Shown: one piece after another, positions 24,266 through 32,422 of the stretch
How the letters are laid out: the number at the start of each line of letters is the position of its first letter
Position numbering within the stretch: the stretch's first letter is position 1
Assembly (NCBI GenBank): GCA_024408705.1
Contig: JAKSUT010000001.1
Location: 1 to 34,237, forward strand
Source of the DNA: a bacterium
Lineage (GTDB): Bacteria; Cyanobacteriota; Vampirovibrionia; Gastranaerophilales; Gastranaerophilaceae
Direction of reading: 5' to 3'
DNA length: 34,237 nucleotides
The notes under the pieces: generated by a model
The model's database searches: none
What the model saw: the letters and a program-made list of their open reading frames with translations, nothing else
Told to the model about the DNA's origin: nothing
Position numbers and translations under genes: made by a program

Positions 24266-25280
24266 AAACATTCTAATATCAGGATATTATGGCTTTGATA
24301 ATTTTGGTGACGAAGCCATATTGAAAATTTTGACAGAAAAGTTAAAAGAACTAGGACACAAACCTACTGTTCTATCATCTAATCCGGAAAAGACCAGCAA
24401 ATTATATGATGTTAAAACGATTTATTCATTTGATTTAAAAAACATAATCAAGCATATTTTCAAAACAGATTTGCTAATATCTGGTGGCGGAAGTTTACTT
24501 CAAGATGCAACAAGCCTAAAAAGTCTTATTTATTACCTTATTATCATAAATTTGTGCTTATTTTTCAATAAAAAAGTGATAATTTTTGCACAAGGTCTTG
24601 GGCCTTTACACAACAAATTCGGTGCATTTTTAACTAAAATAACGCTTAAAAGATGCACATATCTTTGTGTTAGAGATAGAAAAAGCAAACTTTTATTAAA
24701 AAAATGGAATATCAACAATTCAGATTTGGTTTGTGACCCTCTTTTTCAAGTTCCGTTAAATAATTATTCACCTAAAAATAAAGTTGGAATACAACTTCGC
24801 AAATTTAAAACATTAAACGAAAATTACGTAAAAAGACTTGCACAGTACGTAAACAAACACTTTGCGAATATGAAAATTGAAATTTACTCTTTCCAAGACT
24901 CTCTTGATTTAGAAATTTGCAAATTATTTGAAACAGCACTAAAACAAGAAAACAAAGATGTTAAAACAAAAATATATTCAAAACTAACTTATGATGAAGT
25001 AATTGAACATTTTTCAGAGCTAAAATATATGATAGCAATGAGATTTCATGCAAACTTAGTTTCTGTAAAATACGGAATTAAAACTCTTGCAATCTCTTAT
25101 GATATAAAAGTTGAAAAATTTGCAGAAGAAGCTCAAATTCCTTGCTTATTTATGAAATCAGATGATGATTTTGATACGGCAATAAAAGAAATGGAAAACG
25201 AAAATATCAATAAACTTATTGAATATAGCAATACAAAAGTATTTGATTGGCAAAAAATAGAAGAAACAATAAACGGCTAA
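24240..25280 (+). CDS. csaB: Polysaccharide pyruvyl transferase, CsaB family
   Basis: The N-terminus ILISGYYGFDNFGDEAIL, plus GGGSLLQD and MRFHA blocks, are typical of CsaB. It overlaps the kdgK 3' end by 26 nt (17 nt if the ATG at 24249 is used). Confidence 0.8.
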   Translation: MKNMKKSSKNILISGYYGFDNFGDEAILKILTEKLKELGHKPTVLSSNPEKTSKLYDVKTIYSFDLKNIIKHIFKTDLLISGGGSLLQDATSLKSLIYYLIIINLCLFFNKKVIIFAQGLGPLHNKFGAFLTKITLKRCTYLCVRDRKSKLLLKKWNINNSDLVCDPLFQVPLNNYSPKNKVGIQLRKFKTLNENYVKRLAQYVNKHFANMKIEIYSFQDSLDLEICKLFETALKQENKDVKTKIYSKLTYDEVIEHFSELKYMIAMRFHANLVSVKYGIKTLAISYDIKVEKFAEEAQIPCLFMKSDDDFDTAIKEMENENINKLIEYSNTKVFDWQKIEETING

Positions 25281-26149
25281 ATCTTCAACTCATCTAATAT
25301 TTGATTTACCGGTGAATTATTATTCAAAGTGTAAAAATGTAAGCCGTCAAAACCATTTGCGACTAGTTCCTCACATTGATTAATCGCAAATTCAATACCA
25401 ACTTTTCTTATGTCATCATTGTTATCTTTAAATTTATCTAAATCATTTTGCAATTTTTTAGGCAAAGTAACACGTGCCATTGAAAGCATCTTAAAAATTT
25501 GTTTGTAATTTTTAATAGGCATAATACCAGCAGAAACTTTTGCATTCAAATTCCAAGATGCAACTTCATCTCTAAATTTAAGCAAATAAGAATTATCAAA
25601 TGCCATTTGAGTAATTACAACATCTGCACCTGCTTGAATTTTATCTTTCAAATATTTCATATCCAAAGAATAATCATCACATTCTATATGACCTTCCGGA
25701 TAGCCTGCAACTGCAATATCAAAATTTTCTTCTGCTTTTATAAGTTTAACTAAATCTATTGCATGTTGAAACTCATAATTTGAAATATCTTCACCTTCAG
25801 GAATATCACCTCTTAAAGCAAGAATATTTTCAACTCCCAAACTTTTTATTTTTTCAAAATACTTTTTCACATCTGACAACGATGTCCCGACACAAGTGAA
25901 ATGAGGCATTAACGTATAATCTAAATGAGATTTAATTTTTGAAATCATATTATAATGAGTTTCAAAAGTGTCGAAATGTTTTCCAAAAGCGCCGAATGTC
26001 ATTGATACAAATGCAGGATTATAAGATTTTAAACTTGATAAAATTTCAATTAAAAGATTTAATTTTTCAAAATTATCGTCATCTTTTGGCGGATAAACCT
26101 CGAACGATAAAATAGTTTTATCTTTTACATACAAATCGCTAATTCTCAT
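25277..26149 (-). CDS. metF: Methylenetetrahydrofolate reductase
   Basis: I place the start at internal ATG 26149 (MRISDLYVKDKTILSFEVYPPK...), which gives a 290-aa MetF-length protein. The upstream 106 codons of the track ORF are hydrophobic read-through overlapping the divergent TPR gene. Confidence 0.88.
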   Translation of the reverse strand: MRISDLYVKDKTILSFEVYPPKDDDNFEKLNLLIEILSSLKSYNPAFVSMTFGAFGKHFDTFETHYNMISKIKSHLDYTLMPHFTCVGTSLSDVKKYFEKIKSLGVENILALRGDIPEGEDISNYEFQHAIDLVKLIKAEENFDIAVAGYPEGHIECDDYSLDMKYLKDKIQAGADVVITQMAFDNSYLLKFRDEVASWNLNAKVSAGIMPIKNYKQIFKMLSMARVTLPKKLQNDLDKFKDNNDDIRKVGIEFAINQCEELVANGFDGLHFYTLNNNSPVNQILDELKI

Positions 26150-26223
26150 AATAGTTATAATTTTATCACAAACTGGAAAAATATAAAAAATTTGATATAA
26201 TAAAAGTTTAGGGGAGATATACC

Positions 26224-27159
26224 ATGTCTGATATGGACGAAATCCAAGAATTACAAAAAATATTAAAAGAAGATTCTTCAAATTTGCAAGCACGCAGACA
26301 ACTTGCAATATTGCTATTAGATAATGGTTTTTGTGAAGAATCGCTAAAGCAGTTGCTTTTTTTAATTGGTATATTTCCTGAAGATGCAAGTCTATACTAC
26401 AATTTAGGAATCTGCTATGAAAAAACACAAAAGCTAAAACTTGCAGAACAAGCATACCTAAAAGCAATCAGTATCTCACCTGAAGAAACTGATTTTTACT
26501 ACAATTTGGGTTTAGTTTATATTGATGAAAACAAACTTGATGAAGCTATTGAAGCTTTTCAAAACGTTATAAAAACTGACACTAAAGACGAAAACACATA
26601 CTTTAATATCGGATTATGCTATACCAAAAAGAAAGACCCAATCAACGCAATAGAATATTACACAAAAGCCATAAATCTAAACGATAGTGACGTTTTTGCA
26701 CATTTTTACTTGGGAAATCATTTCAAAGATTTAGGACAAACTGATATGGCACTTGAAGAATATCAAAAAGTATTATCTATTTCCCCAGATTACAGTTGGG
26801 CATATTTCAATATCGGAGCAATAAATTTTGAACAAGGTGACCTAGACAACGCTCTTAAAAATTTAAAACGCACAATAGCATTAAATCCAAAAGATGTTGA
26901 AGCATACAAAATAATTGCACAAATTTTAATCAAACAAAATGATTTACAAACTGCACAACATTGCATTGAAAGAGCAATAAAAGAAAATCAATTTGAATAT
27001 GATTTATACTATGTTTTAGCTCAAATATTCAAAAAACAAAACGATATAGGAAGATACATAAAAGGCTTGGAAATCGTATTAAAAAACTACAAACAAACAA
27101 GCTATTCCCCAAAAGCAATCAAAGCAGAACTTGATAAAGCAAAACAGAATTTAAAATAA
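26224..27159 (+). CDS. Cytoplasmic TPR-repeat protein
   Basis: 311-aa ORF with at least 7 consecutive 34-residue TPR units (LYYNLGICYEK, FYYNLGLVYID, TYFNIGLCYTK, AHFYLGNHFKD, AYFNIGAINFE...). GGGGAG SD lies upstream. Confidence 0.8.
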   Translation: MSDMDEIQELQKILKEDSSNLQARRQLAILLLDNGFCEESLKQLLFLIGIFPEDASLYYNLGICYEKTQKLKLAEQAYLKAISISPEETDFYYNLGLVYIDENKLDEAIEAFQNVIKTDTKDENTYFNIGLCYTKKKDPINAIEYYTKAINLNDSDVFAHFYLGNHFKDLGQTDMALEEYQKVLSISPDYSWAYFNIGAINFEQGDLDNALKNLKRTIALNPKDVEAYKIIAQILIKQNDLQTAQHCIERAIKENQFEYDLYYVLAQIFKKQNDIGRYIKGLEIVLKNYKQTSYSPKAIKAELDKAKQNLK

Positions 27160-27213
27160 AAATTTTCTAAAGTTGAAATAAACGTCATTATAATTTATAA
27201 TGATTATTGGCAG

Positions 27214-27236
27214 CAGAGCTGTTGAAAACAGCTCTG
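27214..27236. terminator. Hairpin 2 of 3 in the convergent TPR/flgC spacer
   Basis: 9-bp stem cagagctgt (27214-27222) / acagctctg (27228-27236), loop tgaaa. Confidence 0.45.
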
Positions 27237-27254
27237 GTCTGACCATTTTTACAA

Positions 27255-27294
27255 GAATAAGGGCGAATTTGCAAAAGCAAATTCGCCCTTATTC
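27255..27294. terminator. 18-bp perfect hairpin, probable bidirectional terminator for the TPR gene and the flagellar rod operon
   Basis: gaataagggcgaatttgc (27255-27272) - aaaa - gcaaattcgcccttattc (27277-27294), a perfect inverted repeat. Confidence 0.6.
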
Positions 27295-27311
27295 CACATA
27301 AATTTTAAAAC

Positions 27312-27737
27312 TTATCTACCAATATCAGCTGCTTTCATAGCCATTGCTCTTGTTACGTTAACCAAAGCCAAGTTTGCTTCGTAAGCTCTTTGTGCCAATA
27401 TTGCATCTGCCATTTCAACACTTGGATCAACATTAGAAGCTCTGATAAATCCGTTTTCATCTGCATCAGGATGTCCAGGTTTATATATTTTTTCACCTAA
27501 ATTTGGATCTTCCATTACACCTGAGAAAGTAACTCCGCCTTTTAAAGTTGCAACACCATTGATTGCAGAACCAACTGAGCTACCAAAACCTAATTGATTT
27601 GTAGAAGATAAAATAGGAATTAGTCTTACATAATTTGGAGTATCAACGTTTGCTACGTTTTTTGCGTGAACATCTAATCTCAAACTTTGAGCTCTTAAAG
27701 CTCCTGTACCTGTATCTAAAGCATCTAATATACCCAT
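27312..27737 (-). CDS. flgC: Flagellar basal-body rod protein FlgC
   Basis: 141-aa ORF with the N-terminal block LRAQSLRLDVHAKNVANVDTPNY and the C-terminal block VDPSVEMADAILAQRAYEANL typical of FlgC. Confidence 0.9.
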   Translation of the reverse strand: MGILDALDTGTGALRAQSLRLDVHAKNVANVDTPNYVRLIPILSSTNQLGFGSSVGSAINGVATLKGGVTFSGVMEDPNLGEKIYKPGHPDADENGFIRASNVDPSVEMADAILAQRAYEANLALVNVTRAMAMKAADIGR

Positions 27738-27744
27738 TTATTAC

Positions 27745-28095
27745 CTACCTTCCTACATTAACTGCTGTTTTAAGTTGTGTAATTATACTAGACATTTGAC
27801 GGCTTGCAACTGTGTACATCAAAGAATTTTTTTGCATTTCCATCATTTCATAAGCTGAATTTACCGTTTCGCCAGTATTTGTAACTGCACTTGGAGCTTC
27901 GCCAAATTTTTTGTTTAGTTTATTTTCCAAGTATGAAAATCCTGATTCTTGCATAGCTTGTGCAAAACTAATATCTTTTCTTGTATAACCTGGAGTATCA
28001 ACATTGGCTAAATTTTCTCCAATTATTTTTTGTCTTTTTGCAATCGCATTAAGTGCGTTTGATGCATTTGTTATTGAATTCATTGATTCAAACAT
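27745..28095 (-). CDS. flgB: Flagellar basal-body rod protein FlgB
   Basis: 116-aa ORF with GENLANVDTPGYTRKD (rod-protein N-terminal motif). Size and position directly upstream of flgC fit FlgB. Confidence 0.85.
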   Translation of the reverse strand: MFESMNSITNASNALNAIAKRQKIIGENLANVDTPGYTRKDISFAQAMQESGFSYLENKLNKKFGEAPSAVTNTGETVNSAYEMMEMQKNSLMYTVASRQMSSIITQLKTAVNVGR

Positions 28096-28115
28096 AATTA
28101 CCTCTCTTTATTCAA

Positions 28116-28832
28116 CTATGATTCTCTGATATTAATAGCTTTGTTATACATATCATCAACTATTTTTGCCATACGCAAAGAAGCAATCATAGAAGCATTT
28201 AATCTTAACATTTCTGTTGCTTTATCCTGAATATTTACGTTTGAACATTCCAAAGCGTTTTGAGCGATATAATTGTGATTTTTAACAATTTTTGCTTCAC
28301 CTGAATCTTCAGTAGCAATCAATTTGTTCATATCACCTTGTTTCAAACCTTCTGGGTTTTGGAATTGAACAACAGGAATTTTACCTAATGTTTGTTCTTT
28401 AGAAGTTGCATCTTTCATATAAGAAACGGTACCGTCTTCTTTAATTATTAATTTATAGATAGTGTTAGGAATTTTAATACCTTCACCAACTAACCATTCA
28501 TCATTAGTAACCAAATATCCATTTTTACCAATTTTGAAAGAACCATCTCTTGTATATTGAACTTCACCAGTTGGAGATGTTACAGGAATAAAACCATCGC
28601 CTTTTAATGCAACATCATAAGGATTACTTGTAATTCTTACAGAACCTTGTTTAAAATCAGTTCTTGAAACACCTGTTAAAGAGCCATCTGCACCTAACAT
28701 TTGTTCAAATCTTACAGATTTATAACCATTTGTTGAATAATTTGCAAAATCATTAGCAATATAACCCAATTTTTCAAATTGAACTTGAGCATTAACTATT
28801 GATTTTCTTATTACACCTTGAACTCTTTCCAT
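28116..28832 (-). CDS. flgG: Flagellar rod protein, FlgG/FlgF family (distal-rod-like), short and divergent
   Basis: 238-aa ORF. N-terminal motif ANDFANYSTNGYK, central GDGFIPV...YTRDGSFKIGKNGYLVT, and C-terminal LECSNVNIQDKATEMLRLNASMIAS match the Flg_bb_rod / Flg_bbr_C pattern. Confidence 0.72.
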   Translation of the reverse strand: MERVQGVIRKSIVNAQVQFEKLGYIANDFANYSTNGYKSVRFEQMLGADGSLTGVSRTDFKQGSVRITSNPYDVALKGDGFIPVTSPTGEVQYTRDGSFKIGKNGYLVTNDEWLVGEGIKIPNTIYKLIIKEDGTVSYMKDATSKEQTLGKIPVVQFQNPEGLKQGDMNKLIATEDSGEAKIVKNHNYIAQNALECSNVNIQDKATEMLRLNASMIASLRMAKIVDDMYNKAINIRES

Positions 28833-28856
28833 TCTTAATTATCCTTTCATAACCAC

Positions 28857-29555
28857 CTATGATGTAGCACCTAATTGAGAAATTGTTTTTGATAAAACTG
28901 AATTTTCTATCATAAACATTTGCCTGTTTGCATCATAATTTCTCAAAGGTCCCATCATACCCATAAATTCATCTTGCAAAGATACGTTTGAGTGTTCGTT
29001 ATAACCTTGTTTAACTTCAGGATGCATAACAAGTAAGCCATCAGCATTTACAACACCTAAAGTTGCAACTTTTACCATTTTATTATTAGCACTGTCCAAA
29101 ACAGTTATAACACCATCTGCATTTACTTTTATATCTTTAATATTTTCAGGAATTATACTCAATTTAATAGGAGTTCCAACATTTGAAAGGACTTTTTCAC
29201 CATCTAAAGAAAGCAAATTACCTTCTTTATCAAGTTTAAAACGACCGTCTCTTGTCATTTTAATACCTTCACTACCTTTTATTTGAAAATATCCTTTTTG
29301 AGCAAGTGCAAAGTCCAAAGGATGTGAGGTTGCAACAAGACGACCAACTTTATCATCAACAACAGTAGATAAAGCATCAGCACCCATAAATTGAGCAAAT
29401 GAAGAATTTACAATCTCTTTTCTTTGATAACCTACTTTATCAAAACCCATTACGTTTTCACTTGTTAAGCCAACGTATGTAGATTCAATTCTCATACCCC
29501 TCAAGGCACTTTTTAAACCAGAATCTAAATATTGAATACCTGTTTCAAATTGCAT
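28857..29555 (-). CDS. flgF: Flagellar rod protein, FlgF/FlgG family, short and divergent
   Basis: I place the start at ATG 29555 (GAGG 6 nt upstream). 232 aa. Blocks GYFQIKGSEG...MTRDGRFKLDKEGNLLS and C-terminal HSNVSLQDEFMGMMGPLRNYDAN fit rod-family proteins. The FlgF versus FlgG assignment is tentative. Confidence 0.68.
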   Translation of the reverse strand: MQFETGIQYLDSGLKSALRGMRIESTYVGLTSENVMGFDKVGYQRKEIVNSSFAQFMGADALSTVVDDKVGRLVATSHPLDFALAQKGYFQIKGSEGIKMTRDGRFKLDKEGNLLSLDGEKVLSNVGTPIKLSIIPENIKDIKVNADGVITVLDSANNKMVKVATLGVVNADGLLVMHPEVKQGYNEHSNVSLQDEFMGMMGPLRNYDANRQMFMIENSVLSKTISQLGATS

Positions 29556-29588
29556 AAATAACCTCAAACTTTGTCTATTTCATGTTTT

Positions 29589-29616
29589 ATATCGGTTTTT
29601 ATTGGGTAAATCTTTC
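29589..29616 (-). promoter_or_regulatory. Candidate sigma28 (FliA/SigD)-type promoter upstream of the rod operon
   Basis: The minus strand reads GAAA-N16-ACCGATAT, against consensus TAAA-N15-GCCGATAT. The -10 matches 7/8 (29589-29596). It lies about 33 nt upstream of the flgF-like ATG. Confidence 0.3.
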
Positions 29617-29692
29617 TTTCATGTACAAAAATATCATCTACATGTATGAGTAATAAAAATTTAATAATATTAAAGAAAAAGTCAAATTTTAA

Positions 29693-29701
29693 TGGTATAA
29701 T
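29693..29701 (+). promoter_or_regulatory. Extended -10 promoter element for mnmE
   Basis: TGgTATAAT at 29693-29701, AGGGA SD at 29711-29715, ATG at 29722. Confidence 0.45.
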
Positions 29702-29721
29702 TTTTACAAAAGGGATAAAAA

Positions 29722-31056
29722 ATGAATATAGCACAAGAATTTGACACGATAGCCGCAATAGCAACACCTTTAGGAACAGGTGGTGTAGGTATAATTAGAA
29801 TTTCTGGAGAAAAAAGTTTTGAGATTGCAAAACAAATTTTTTCCAATGAGATTAAAGCAGGTAGAATTAATCACGGCTGGATAAAAGATAACAAAACAAA
29901 AATTGATGAAGTAATAATATTAGCATTTAAAAATCCGAACAGTTACACAGGAGAAGACGTAATTGAAATCCAATGTCACGGAGGATTAAATATATTAAAT
30001 GCAATACTAGAACTTGTTTTAAAAAACGGCGCAAGAATGGCTGAAAGAGGCGAATATACAAAAAGAGCATTCTTAAATCACAAAATGGATTTATCACAAG
30101 CAGAAGCAGTTTGCGATATTATCCACGCAAAAACTCAAAACTTCGCAATTAAGTCTGCAAGAAATCTATCTGGAACATTAACTCAAAAAACAGAAGAAAT
30201 CAAAAAAGGAATTTTTGACCTTTTATCAAAAATTGTTGCAGGCATAGATTTTCCTGAAGATGTAAAAGAACCGGAATATGAATACATTGAAGAAGAAATA
30301 AATAAAATAACTTCAGAAATTGATAAAATTTTAGTTTCTGCAAAATCATCAAACATTTTAAGACAAGGGATAAAAATAGCAATACTTGGAAAACCAAATG
30401 TTGGAAAATCTTCATTATTTAACGCTCTACTACAATTAAAAAGAGCCATTGTAACTGAAATTGCAGGTACAACAAGAGATGTCTTAACAGAAACACTTGA
30501 ACTTGATGGTATTCCTCTTACATTAATCGATACAGCAGGAATCAGAGAAACACAAGACATCGACAAAGTTGAAGAAATAGGAATTGAATACTCAAAACAA
30601 TCTGCGAAAGAAGCTGATATAATTCTATTCTTATACGATTCAACACAAGGGTTACAAAAAGAAGATAACGAAATTTTAGAATTTATAAAAGATAAAAAAC
30701 ACATAATAATTGCTAACAAAACAGATTTAGCACCTTCTACAAATTCAGAACATTTAAGTCTTTCAACTGTTACAAAAGAAGGTTTTGAAACATTAAAAGA
30801 TAAAATCAAAGAACTTATTGGACACCAAACAATTGAAGACACAGAATTTGTAACAAATAGCAGACAACAAGACTGTTTAACAAAAGCTAAAAATTCTCTT
30901 GGACAAGCACTTTTGACAACTCAAATAAAAGAAGTTCAGGACTTAATTTCAATAGATTTAAAAGCAGCTCTTATATATCTTGAAGAATTAACAGGAGAAG
31001 TAATCACTGACGACATTCTAAATAACATCTTTGACCATTTTTGCATAGGAAAATAA
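29722..31056 (+). CDS. mnmE: tRNA modification GTPase MnmE (TrmE)
   Basis: 444-aa ORF with N-terminus DTIAAIATPLGTGGVGIIRISG, G1 motif GKPNVGKSSLFNAL, DTAGIR, and the C-terminal CIGK motif. Confidence 0.93.
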   Translation: MNIAQEFDTIAAIATPLGTGGVGIIRISGEKSFEIAKQIFSNEIKAGRINHGWIKDNKTKIDEVIILAFKNPNSYTGEDVIEIQCHGGLNILNAILELVLKNGARMAERGEYTKRAFLNHKMDLSQAEAVCDIIHAKTQNFAIKSARNLSGTLTQKTEEIKKGIFDLLSKIVAGIDFPEDVKEPEYEYIEEEINKITSEIDKILVSAKSSNILRQGIKIAILGKPNVGKSSLFNALLQLKRAIVTEIAGTTRDVLTETLELDGIPLTLIDTAGIRETQDIDKVEEIGIEYSKQSAKEADIILFLYDSTQGLQKEDNEILEFIKDKKHIIIANKTDLAPSTNSEHLSLSTVTKEGFETLKDKIKELIGHQTIEDTEFVTNSRQQDCLTKAKNSLGQALLTTQIKEVQDLISIDLKAALIYLEELTGEVITDDILNNIFDHFCIGK

Positions 31057-31057
31057 A

Positions 31058-32374
31058 ATGTTAAAATATACTGAAAAAATCAACGAACTTTTAAAATTAT
31101 CTTTTCCTATAATAATCGGTAATTTAGGCGTAATGCTTATTGGCGTTGGCGATGTTTATGTTGCGGCAAAATATTCAACTGACGTATTAGCATCTATAAG
31201 TATTGCAAATTCTATATTCTTTACTATGTTTTTAATCGGACTTGGAATACTTGCAAGCATTTCTCCTTTATTATCAAACTTTAGAGGAGAAAAAGAAAAA
31301 GTAAAAAAATATTTTATTCCAACACTAAATTTTTCATTGTATTTATCCATCATAATCACAATACTAACAATACTTTGTGTACCATTAATAGATATTCTTG
31401 GGTTTGAAGAAAAACTTATCCCTGACATAAAAAACTATTTAACAATTTGTTCATTCTCAACAATAGGCATATATGCATTTATTGCAGCAAAAGAATTTTT
31501 GCAAGCATACGAAATAGTTTTACTACCAAATTTATTAAATATGTTTGGAGTAGTTTTAAATTTAGCACTCAATTTTATTTTAGTTTTCGGATGGTACAAA
31601 ATACCTTCAATGGGTTGTGTCGGACTTGCTTGGGCAAGCATAATAACTCGTTTTATACTTGCTTTTATTCTAATCGGATATTGTTTTACAAAAATAAGAA
31701 TAATACCTATCTTCAACGATTTTTCATACTACAAAAAACTTTTAAAACTAGGTTTGCCAATAACGGCAGCAATGTTTTGTGAAACAACAGCATTCAATAT
31801 AATAACAATACTAATAGGCAGAATTTCAGGCATATACGCAGCAGCTCAAACTCTTATAATAACTCTTGCAAACGCATCATTTATGATTCCACTTGCCGTA
31901 TCAAACGCAATATCAATAAAAGTTGGTTATACAAATGGTGCAAAAGACTATATAAACTTAAAAAAATACCTCATATCAGGCATGATAATAAGCGAAACTC
32001 ACATGGCAATTTGCGCTATTTTATACATCACAATTCCACATCTAATTATAAGATTTTTTACATCAGATATAAATTTAATCAACATTTGCACGCCAATAAT
32101 GTTTATTGTCGGATTATTCCAACTATTTGACGGAGCACAAATATCCCTTAGCGGGGCTTTCAAAGGAATAAAAAGTACAACTATCGTAATGTTTGGGGAT
32201 TTTATTGCATACTGGATACTTGGAATTCCTGTCGGATATTATTTGGCATTTGAAAGACATCTAAATTTATATGGTTTTTGGATAGGTCTTGCAATCGCAC
32301 TATTCACACTTGGAACAAGTTTAAGTATTATAATCTATCACAAAATCAAAAATTTAGACTACAAACCTGCATAA
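31058..32374 (+). CDS. MATE-family efflux transporter
   Basis: 438-aa ORF with about 12 TM helices and the N-terminal LSFPIIIGNLGVMLIGVGDVYVA pattern typical of MATE/NorM. The start lies 1 nt after the mnmE stop. Confidence 0.87.
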   Translation: MLKYTEKINELLKLSFPIIIGNLGVMLIGVGDVYVAAKYSTDVLASISIANSIFFTMFLIGLGILASISPLLSNFRGEKEKVKKYFIPTLNFSLYLSIIITILTILCVPLIDILGFEEKLIPDIKNYLTICSFSTIGIYAFIAAKEFLQAYEIVLLPNLLNMFGVVLNLALNFILVFGWYKIPSMGCVGLAWASIITRFILAFILIGYCFTKIRIIPIFNDFSYYKKLLKLGLPITAAMFCETTAFNIITILIGRISGIYAAAQTLIITLANASFMIPLAVSNAISIKVGYTNGAKDYINLKKYLISGMIISETHMAICAILYITIPHLIIRFFTSDINLINICTPIMFIVGLFQLFDGAQISLSGAFKGIKSTTIVMFGDFIAYWILGIPVGYYLAFERHLNLYGFWIGLAIALFTLGTSLSIIIYHKIKNLDYKPA

Positions 32375-32376
32375 AA

Positions 32377-32402
32377 AAAGACAAGGCTTTCACCTTGTCT
32401 TT
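32377..32402. terminator. Bidirectional intrinsic terminator between the MATE and SLH genes
   Basis: aaagacaagg (32377-32386) / ccttgtcttt (32393-32402), loop ctttca, with an A-run on one side and a T-run on the other. Confidence 0.7.
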
Positions 32403-32422
32403 TAAAATAGTAGTAACTACTA

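Noticed and set aside
26150-26467. 106-codon N-terminal extension of metF (track ORF 25277-26467)
   Set aside because: MetF homology begins at MRISDLYV... (ATG 26149). The extension is hydrophobic nonsense-like sequence overlapping the divergent TPR gene start at 26224.
29564-29767. 67-aa minus-strand ORF spanning the flgF/mnmE divergent promoter region
   Set aside because: It overlaps the mnmE start and promoter. It is hydrophobic and AT-driven, has no SD, and the flgF-like gene already starts at 29555 with a good SD.
30183-30842. 219-aa ORF (plus the 71-aa ORF 30200-30415) antisense to mnmE
   Set aside because: It lies entirely inside the well-supported mnmE gene. The Ser/Phe/Ile-rich composition is the typical mirror image of a Lys/Glu-rich AT-rich gene, and there is no SD.
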